Source: Lytechinus pictus
Taxonomy: Eukaryota
Length of the DNA: 64,000 nucleotides
Assembly: GCF_037042905.1 (NCBI RefSeq)
Contig: NC_087250.1
Location: forward strand, 12,588,001 to 12,652,000
Direction of reading: 5' to 3'
The position numbers and the translations under genes were made by a program. The notes under the pieces are model-generated. The model worked only from the letters and a program-made list of their open reading frames with translations. It made no database searches and was not told where the DNA came from. The first letter of the stretch is position 1. Each line of letters opens with the position of its first letter. Positions 55,627 to 64,000 of the stretch are shown here, piece after piece.

Positions 55627-57190
55627 CAGTGGCGTAGCTAGGATTTTTTTTCCTGGGGGGGCACTGGGGGGTCCTTGCTTTTTCTGGGGGGGGGCACCAT
55701 TTTTCCGTTGTGTGTGTATGTGTCACAAGGGCGGATCCGATTTCGCCAATAGGGGACGGGGCCCGAAATTATCTTCACCTATATTTCCCCCGATCAGTCA
55801 CTTCTTAGATTTATTCTTAGAGAACAACATAAACATAAAATAATCTCATAAGCCTTATAAAAAGTGCGAGCGCGAAGCGCGAGCGATTTTTTTATTTTTA
55901 CTTTCATGTATTTTGTCCTGAAAATGTAATATTCTGTGCAATGTTATGTGTGATCCTGAACAAGATTCGTATGTAACTAGATGGTTACTGCGAAGGCCAA
56001 GCGCGAGCAGAAATTTTTATTAACTGTTCTAGCATTATCGAAAAGGGACCTGTTAAGGACTGCTTACAGTTACCCACGAAGACTGGGCGTTGTGGCGTGC
56101 GCCTGTAATCCAAGCTATGTGGGGAAGTTACAAATTGATGCAGAGGTTCGAGCCCTGGTCACGTCTTTCGGAGGGTGACGTTAAAGGTCGGTCCCAGACG
56201 TAAATAATCATATCTGATTGATACACGTCTGACAAAACTCAAATACACACACCCACGAAGACGGTATATATTTCAATAATGCGAGCGGGATGCGCGAGCA
56301 AATTTTTTTTTGACATTCCGACCTAAAAAATTGTCATTCTAAGCACTTTTTGTATTAATAAATGGGATAGGTATGTAACTAAACAATTGATGCGAGCGCG
56401 AAGCGCGAGAGGAAGAAAATTGAGATTTTAGACCTAAAAGCGGGACACTCTATTCATATTTTGTAAATCATAAATGTGATATAGTTAATTGGGTATCATT
56501 AATAATGCGATCGTGAAGCGTGAGCAGACAATTATTGATATTCTGATGTGAAACTGGATAATTTAAGTACATTTAATATAAAGAACATGCAGGCTATCGC
56601 GCATGTTTTAGATTTAGACCTAGAATCTGGGCAGTCTGAATACATTTGTTTAATGGAACATTATGAAATACACGTAGACAATAGGAACTTGGCAAATCAA
56701 ACAATTTGACCACGCAGCGTGAGCTTAAAAATGCTGATATGTAGACTATAAAAGGGACGTTTTACAGCTAGAACGCTTAAATTTGTTAATGAAAAAGAAT
56801 TGATGAGAGCTCGATGTCCGAGCTAAAATATATTTTGTATTTTGACTTCAAAACTTGCTCCATATCACTTATCAGCCTATTGAGCAAGATATGAATTTCA
56901 TCGAACAGGCAATTCTGGCGCGAAGCGCAAGCAAAAGTTTTATATAGTAACATGAAAGATTTTTTTTTTTTGCAGGTCTTCCCTTCACATTATTTCATTC
57001 ACTCGTCTTCCTCCTCTTATTTTCCTCTTCTTTTTTTTTCTTCTGTCTTTCTTCTTCTTTTCCTTTTTTTTCTTCTTTCTCCTTTTTTTTTTGCTCTGCC
57101 AATTTTTTTCAGGGGGGGCACTTGGGGGGGGCACACCAAATCTCAGGGGGGGCACGTGCCCCCCCAGGCCCCCCCGTAGCTACGCCACTG
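55627..57190. mobile_element. Non-autonomous hAT-like element
   Basis: TIRs CAGTGGCGTAGCTA...TAGCTACGCCACTG; perfect 8-bp TSD CTCCCACT (55619-55626/57191-57198); GCGAGCGCGAAGCGCGAG subrepeats. Confidence 0.9.
56081..56250 (+). mobile_element. SINE with 7SL RNA (Alu-domain)-like head, B box and (CA)n tail
   Basis: GACTGGGCGTTGTGGCGTGCGCCTGTAATCCAAGCTA head; GGTTCGAGCCC B box; TSD ACCCACGAA(GAC) at 56072 and 56251; second copy at 29673-29767. Confidence 0.85.
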
Positions 57191-57654
57191 CTCCCACTCT
57201 CCCTTTTTCACGATTTTACCTCTTTTTTTTCAAAACAGGGACGCCGAATCGTTTTTTATTTTACCTCAATCAACCTCAGTCAGATCGGGCTCAGCGCGCA
57301 GCGCCGCAAGACTGTCGAAAATATAACCAAAAACAAGTAACATGATCAAAGAAAAACACTGCATATAAATTATCTATCATGCATCACACAATAAGTTTAG
57401 TAGGAACATGTAGCTAAAATATTAGATTTTCAAGATTCGGGTAGCTTCTAATGATACACAGTTGTAAAAAGCGAGAAAACACCGCAAAATATGGTCTCTC
57501 TTTTTCACTAACTTCACTTTTTCAACAGGGACGCCGAGCCGTTATACACGCACAAGCCATTGAGACGACCGAAATTGGGCGAAAATCAGTCCGACGACAG
57601 GGCATAAAAATGCTGTTTTCAAATGTATTAGATAAGAAAAATACCAGGACTCAC

Positions 57655-57676
57655 CAGAAAGGAGATCAGTAGACAT
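57655..57676 (-). CDS. PHF13/PHF23: PHF13/PHF23-like, first coding exon (MSTDLLS)
   Basis: ATG at 57676, donor CTG|GTgagt, phase 1 matches exon 2; CpG-rich surroundings. Confidence 0.6.
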
Positions 57677-59505
57677 GTCTGGTCGTTGTTTCACTAGTAG
57701 ATCAACAAATTAATCGAAGGATCGTCCAAAAACAGACCTTTTCTCGACGTTTTACGTTCCGACTCTCGCAAAATTGACAGCGAAAAACCTCAACAATACG
57801 CTTCAATTGAATTGATCGAGTTCAAAGGGCGTGACCCGTAATCTCATTTGCATCCGTAATGACATTCGACGATTCCATTATTTATTAGAGGGGTACATTT
57901 ATTCCGCTGCACTTCGAGTGAATTTGGATGCATGGCAAGGTGAACTCTTTTTTCAGAATTCAGATATGGGGAGGCCTATCTTTATGGGGGGGGGGGCTAT
58001 AACCGCCCTATCCACAAATGAAAAAAAAAGGTAGGGAAAATACTCAAAAGGGGAAAAGGGAAGAGAGAGAAAAAAGAGCTGTATGCTGCATGTCGGTCAG
58101 TGAAGCTCACCCCACAAAGATGTTTTTCATAAAATTCGGATATAAGAAAGTTATGGCATTTTTAAATTTCGCCTCTTTTTCACATAACAATGTATTATGC
58201 ATAACAGATATGCAAGTGAAATTGTTGCTGATGTCCCTCACTCACTATTTCTTATATTGTTTGAATTATAGGCCTACAAATATTTCAAGTTTTACAGAAT
58301 ATGACTTGACTGAAGCACAGAATGATATACCATGTTAACTCGACATGATCAGGGCCAATTAAAACTTAATTCAATATTTTTTTTATTATTGTTTTTTTTT
58401 TCAATTCAATTGTTTTATATTGTTATCAGATTTTGGTGAAGCGTTTTGCTTAGTAAAATTAAGTCTATAGATTATTTTCAACCTGGGGTACCCTTTCAAT
58501 ACGGCGCCAGGGAAAATGGTATAGATCGAGTAAGGTAGCAGAGGTAAAGGTTGCAGAGGAAGTAGTGGAAACAAAAAAAAATGGCATAGGTTAAAATTGC
58601 AGAGGAAGATTTCATGTGGCAACGGGGAAAAAATGACAGAGGTAAAGATTGCAGAGGATATAGGGTACAGGAAGAGATAACACAGGTAAAAGATGTAAAA
58701 GTAAAATGGCAAGAGTAAAAATGCCAGAGCTAAAAATGGTAGAGGTAGAATAATGGCAGAGTGCAAAGGACAAATGTAAAATAATTCGTGAAAAGAGATA
58801 ATTGTGAATCAATGTAACGGAGGATATCTTCATTGTGTTATTGCGAACCCCATCCCTTCAAAAGTAATCTAATAATGAAAAAATATAATTTTAAAATTTT
58901 ACAGGTAAAGAAGAACGTGAACAAAAAAATAAGATAAGAAAAAAAAATACAAGCCCGGGATACAGGGGGGGGGGGTGTGGATTAACACCCAATCCCCTTT
59001 CCCTTTCAATCTAAAAAAATTAAGACATCAGACACTAGCTCGCCTCCTAAAAAAAAATCAAAACTGTTCTGCAGCCATCCCTTGGATTTTAGGCAAAAGA
59101 AAAACCAAATGCACTGTATTTTGCCTATAGGGCCTACAGGTCCTGTTATTAGTGATCCTGGATTGGGGAGCGCCATCTCTTGTTGAATCATTATCGAAAT
59201 TTAATTCAAGTATAGAGAAAACATTTATTTTTCTTCCAAATGACAAAGTGGCATATAACGAGCAAATATTTTTTGAGGGGGCTAGATTTGATGTATCGCG
59301 TATAATTTCTGAAAAGTTGCGAGTGAGCAAAAATTTCGATTTTTTTTTTTTTTTTTTTTTTTTTTTTCATTACAAAACTCCAGTTATGTGATATATTTTG
59401 ACATGATATTCAGAAATTTTGATATCACATTTCACCCTTCTCTTTCCTTTTCTTTATTTTTACTTGGTCGTGAAAAATTCTTGCCCCCATCTGTACACCA
59501 CTTAA

Positions 59506-60441
59506 GGACGTTCCACAGTTAAAGTGAAATCCATGTCATTTTCACCAAACTTTGCACATAGATACTTTAGAACCTGAATATTCGAAATATGCAAAAATTA
59601 ACATAGGTCCATGTGCTTGATTTTTTGCTATAGAGCTTCAAAGTTCACCTAAATGGATGTTCTTAAGAATTGCGCATTCAAAAGAATTTGGCATTTTTAG
59701 ACCTCGCAATATCACTACAATGAGTTTAAACCTATAATACTCAGTCAAGATACATGAAAAAGTCATCAAATTTTGCAAAAGAGTTAATCATTGTATTGTT
59801 AGAATGGAGAATCTATTTATAGTGCTATTTGTTTGCAATTTTAAGTCTAACAGCACTGTCAGTTCTTAAAAATGGCGTAAGAGATAACAAAAACCAAATC
59901 TCAAAAATGTGAAATTACAATAACAAACTACAAAAGTACAAAAAATGTTGCACTTTATTCAAAATCCATGTCATATTCACCAAAATTTGCAAAGTTGTAG
60001 AGGAAGGTATACATAAGAGGTGCAAACATTAAAAAATAGGGGTTCATGTGCTTGTTTTCAAACTATCAGTATTTTTATTAGAGCAAATGTGCTTTCTAAA
60101 ACACCAAAAATGCGCCAAATGCTTTGTATCTATGTGAAGACAAAAAACAAAGCCACTCTACCATTTATTCAAACTCGGGGTCATATTCGTGATTCTTGGC
60201 AGCATTACAGAGTAAAGTATTTCAAAATTGTAGACATATTTTTAAAAATGGTCCATGGAATAATTCAATTTTTTAGCTTCATAAAATAACGCATCGGATC
60301 TGTAATTAGCATGCAGATGATGAGAAAAATCAGCTCATAACCACAGCTAATTAATCGCCTGTTCATCCATTGTGACGTCAGCGCGCAGAGTGTAAAATAT
60401 GCGCAGATCATAATGCGCACAAACATAACTGTGGAACGTCC
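59506..60441. mobile_element. TTAA-TSD non-autonomous DNA element
   Basis: TTAA|GGACGTTCCACAGTT...AACTGTGGAACGTCC|TTAA. Confidence 0.85.
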
Positions 60442-60472
60442 TTAATTGACATTTACTATATTTTTCATATAT

Positions 60473-60700
60473 GGAGCGTCGTGGCCCAGTGGATTAGTCT
60501 CCGGACTTTGAAACAGAGGGTCGTGGGTTCAAATCCCAGCCATGGGTCGGCAGGAAAAAAATCCTCAAAAAAGCTGTGTGCACCGAATAGGTAGCCTATA
60601 GCCTAGCCGGGTAATAATAATAGCAGGGCCCGCTGGGAGAACAGTTGTTCGGAACTGAAGTGGCTACCCTGGGTAAATATACCTTTATTTTTATTATTAT
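60473..60700 (+). mobile_element. tRNA-derived SINE (internally deleted)
   Basis: A box TGGCCCAGTGG, B box GGTTCAAATCC, (TTA)n-like tail. Confidence 0.75.
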
Positions 60701-61639
60701 ATACTATACAAAACAATGAATATGAATACATGATTTGCATTATGTGTAGGGCATTAGGCGATAAAACCCAGGAAAGAAGGGGCTTGTGTCGGAATGCGAC
60801 TATATACTGATTATTGTATATATCAAGGACCATAGAAGGGTCCAAGATATAAATATATTGCGCGTTTTTACAAACATTTTGTATGGTTTTTAGTGCATGC
60901 CCTATTTCCATCCATTTGTTTGAACTAAATTATGTGCCAATAATTATTTTACTATTACCACTCTTGTATCGTTAATGTACTGTTAATACCTTTGTTTTGG
61001 TTTATTTATATTTTCTTTGTCTATAAATAAAATTGTCCTCAATGTGTTCATTTAAATTAATTTGTAAATAAATTCTTGAATTGAAAAAAGTAAGCCACCT
61101 TCAAAGATACGAATTTATCACAAAACACGCCAAACAATGAGGATTAAAAAAAAATGAATGTACTTTATTTACAAAAAGAAAATACGAACATGGCAACAGG
61201 CTCATATAATTGACAAAATAAAGACAAATAATCATGCTCTTGAGAAATAGCTCAAATGAAATAAACGAGACATGATCAAAAGATGCCGGCGGCCTATAGG
61301 GCCATATCTATCTAGCAATGCTGAAAACAAGCAAACCGAGAAATATGACACCATTATATACAGATGAATAATGATTAAAAATACGAAGTTCAACATAATT
61401 ATAGAACGAAAAGAATCATCTAATCGAGTATTTTAAAACAGCAAACATACAAAACGAATAATGAAAATGTAGACAAATATAATTGTGCTTGTAATGTTCA
61501 ATCATATACATGCATATGACCCATTTACCCCCCCCCCCCCTCCCCGTTTACCTTGTAACAAAATTACACACTGCAGCAACTGTCAAATTTAAATTTCGCA
61601 CATTATAACAATGCAGTATGTACGCATCACTATATTTCA

Positions 61640-62190
61640 AGGGATGGTCCGGGCTAAAAAAACTTATATCTTAATACATAAAGTAGAATTCACTGAGCAA
61701 ATTGCCGAAAATTTCATCAAAATCGGATAACAAATATTAAAGTTATTGAAGTTTAAAGTTTAGCAATATTTTGTGAAAACAGCCGCATGAATATATACTT
61801 TCCGTTTTCTTATGTTATTACATAAAATCACATTTTTTCATTATTTCATACTTGTGTGAATAATATGTCTCCCTTATAATGAAATAAGTTGCAGCAATAA
61901 ATATCTAATGCACTAAATCAGTTGTCAATCAAATTTTTCTAGTTCTTGGAGGAAAAAATTGAAATAAACCTAATTTCATATAATAAAATACAAAAGAACA
62001 AGTGGGGATGTGACATCATCAGCCTACCTAATGAATATTCATGACGACTATTTTCACAAAATATTGCTGAATTTTAAACTTCAATAACTTTATTATTTGT
62101 TATCCGATTTTGATGAAATTTTCGGCATTTTGCTTAGTAAATTCTACTCTATTTAATAGGCTATAAATACTTTCAGCCCGGACCATCCCT
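61640..62190. mobile_element. TTAA-type MITE (AGGGATGGTCCGGGCT family)
   Basis: Long inverted arms ending CAGCCCGGACCATCCCT|TTAA. Confidence 0.8.
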
Positions 62191-62236
62191 TTAAGGATGG
62201 GGAGGGGGGGGGGGATTTATGCATCCTGAAAGACCA

Positions 62237-62517
62237 GGGCCCCGTCTTACAAAGAGTTACGATTTATCCGATTGACCACTATGGAAAGCCAGTAATGTTA
62301 ACATCTGTTATGCGTGACATTTTCGTTCTAAATATTTTCTAGAAATGATGTACATTTACACATTCATTCTTTTCCGGAGAATTTAGTGTGCTTCTCTTTG
62401 TTCACAATGCAGGCCTACATTGTGCAAATTTTCTGAAGAAAAAACATATGAAATTGATGGATTTGAATATACTTGACATTGATTGGATCAATCGTAACTC
62501 TTTGTATGACGGGGCTC
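62237..62517. mobile_element. MITE (GGGCCCCGTCTTACAAAGAGTTACG family)
   Basis: Inverted termini ...CGTAACTCTTTGTATGACGGGGCTC. Confidence 0.75.
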
Positions 62518-63011
62518 AGTAATACATTCAGGGCCTTGGGGTCCTGGTTTCAATTCGACAAGCCCCCCCCCAAAAAAAAAGGGGGAGGGTCGCTACAAAA
62601 TGACGGTGATTTTGGTCTAGGACAAGCCCCCCCCCCCCCCCCCAGGGGGAAAAAAAAAATATATATATATATACAGCATTATTTCAAAAAAAAATAAAAA
62701 GGTTTCACTACAAACTGTAGGTCATTTTCGTTACAAATCTGCTATTTAGCATAGGCCTATCTACCATATTTCCAGGGGTGCTGCCTAATGGAGAATAACA
62801 CACGCAGCATGCACCCCCCCCCCCCCTCCCGCCACCGGTAGCAAAATCCGTTTCCCATGCAAGGCAATGAATCCATAATGATTGGAATACAACGTTTTAT
62901 TTGTTTCTTTTAACAAAAAATCGACTTCATGGCAATTACCAATGAAAATTACATGTGAAGTAAATTAAATGACAATGTTAACCAATATATATACATTATA
63001 TATATATAATA

Positions 63012-64000
63012 AGACCGTCTTATTCTACTGCCACTTGTCTAACTGAGATACAGACTTTTTGTATGATAAAATGGACCGAAAACATGTTACTGGTGGTATT
63101 TTCTTGGACTTACGCAAAGCTTTTGATGTTATTCCTCACAATTTTATACTTGCAAAACTTAAGTACTATGGTATTACTGGCAATGAATACAACTGGATGG
63201 AATCGTATTTAACAGACAGAAGGCAATTTGTAATGATTAACAGTTGTCGCAGTGAATTTTTGAAGATAAAATCAGGTGTCCCACAAGGATCTATACTGGG
63301 TCCATTGATATTTCGTATTTTTATTAGTGACATGTGTAATTTGAAATTGCATGTACATTCTAAAATGTCTCTTTATGCTGATGATACCACCATTTTTAAT
63401 CACGGTGAATCAATTAAGGAGGTACAAAAGTATTTGCAAGATGATTTTGATTCAATAAGTAAATGGCTAGACTTAAATATTATGCATTTACACCCGCAAA
63501 AAACAAAAGCCATGGTATTTGGTCAAAAGAAAAAGTTGAGGGGTGCTCATTTGTCAGTGAAATTCAGGAACATACAATTAGAAAATGTAAAAAAGATTAA
63601 ATACTTAGGTGTCATGCTCGATCCGGGCTTGACTTGGTGCGAACATATTACTAATATCGTTTGTAAAATATCTCGGGCAATAGGTTGTGTAAGGCGGATT
63701 AAGCACTTACTGGCCTTTGGTATTATGAAGAAGCTGTACTTTTCTATTATTTTACCTTACATTGATTACTGTATTACATCTTGGGGAAGCAGTGCAAAAA
63801 TACATTTAGATAAGATACAAAAACTTCAAAATAAATATGCCAGAATGCTTTTGAAAAAAGATTATAATACATCACAAATTTCTTTGTTGCAGTCACTGAA
63901 GTGGCAATCAGTAGATCAGCGTATAAAATATCAGTATTGTGTTCTTGTATATAAAATAATGAATGATTTAGTTCCAAATTATTTAAAACCTTTAGTATGT
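63012..64000 (+). mobile_element. 5'-truncated non-LTR retrotransposon, CR1/L2-group reverse transcriptase; runs off the window
   Basis: Frame from ~63059 reads ...FLDLRKAFD...SGVPQGSILGPLIF...LYADDTT...KYLGVMLD...LPYIDYC...; absent from the ORF track because no stop falls inside the window. Confidence 0.92.

Noticed and set aside
56081..56250. Human Alu contamination or a functional 7SL gene
   Set aside because: Only ~45 nt are 7SL-like; the body is non-Alu, lacks the S domain, has a TSD within a local MITE and a second local copy
4027..57676. Functional cluster of ubiquitin/chromatin genes (PHF, MINDY, F-box)
   Set aside because: Same-strand adjacency alone is no evidence; each gene has its own apparent promoter region
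60473..60545. tRNA gene
   Set aside because: Acceptor stem does not pair well and the sequence continues into a SINE body and tail

Overview
AT-rich animal genomic DNA with spliceosomal introns. The repeat families and gene content suggest a sea urchin/echinoderm (inference; the species cannot be read from the sequence). Three multi-exon genes lie in tandem on the minus strand, reconstructed by hand with consistent splice phases: (1) a compact PHF13/PHF23-like PHD-finger gene (5 coding exons, 57676->49113, 185 aa); (2) a MINDY1/2 (FAM63) deubiquitinase gene (9 coding exons, 41292->29920, 554 aa, C-terminal CaaX, one GC-AG intron); (3) the 5' part of an F-box gene with a ~1200-aa disordered N-terminus mostly in one 3.5-kb exon (8921->4027, no further exon recognised in the window). 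Introns and spacers hold many non-autonomous DNA transposons (hAT-like with 8-bp TSDs, TTAA-TSD MITEs, a 5.9-kb fully palindromic Academ-like element, a Helentron/HINE-like element, a 4-level nested stack), tRNA-SINEs and a CR1/L2-group LINE RT fragment. The most notable observation is a young SINE with a 7SL/Alu-domain-like head (full copy 56081-56250, 5'-truncated copy 29673-29767, both with TSDs). Tandem duplications of MINDY exon/donor boundaries also occur, and one creates a frame-preserving candidate new exon.
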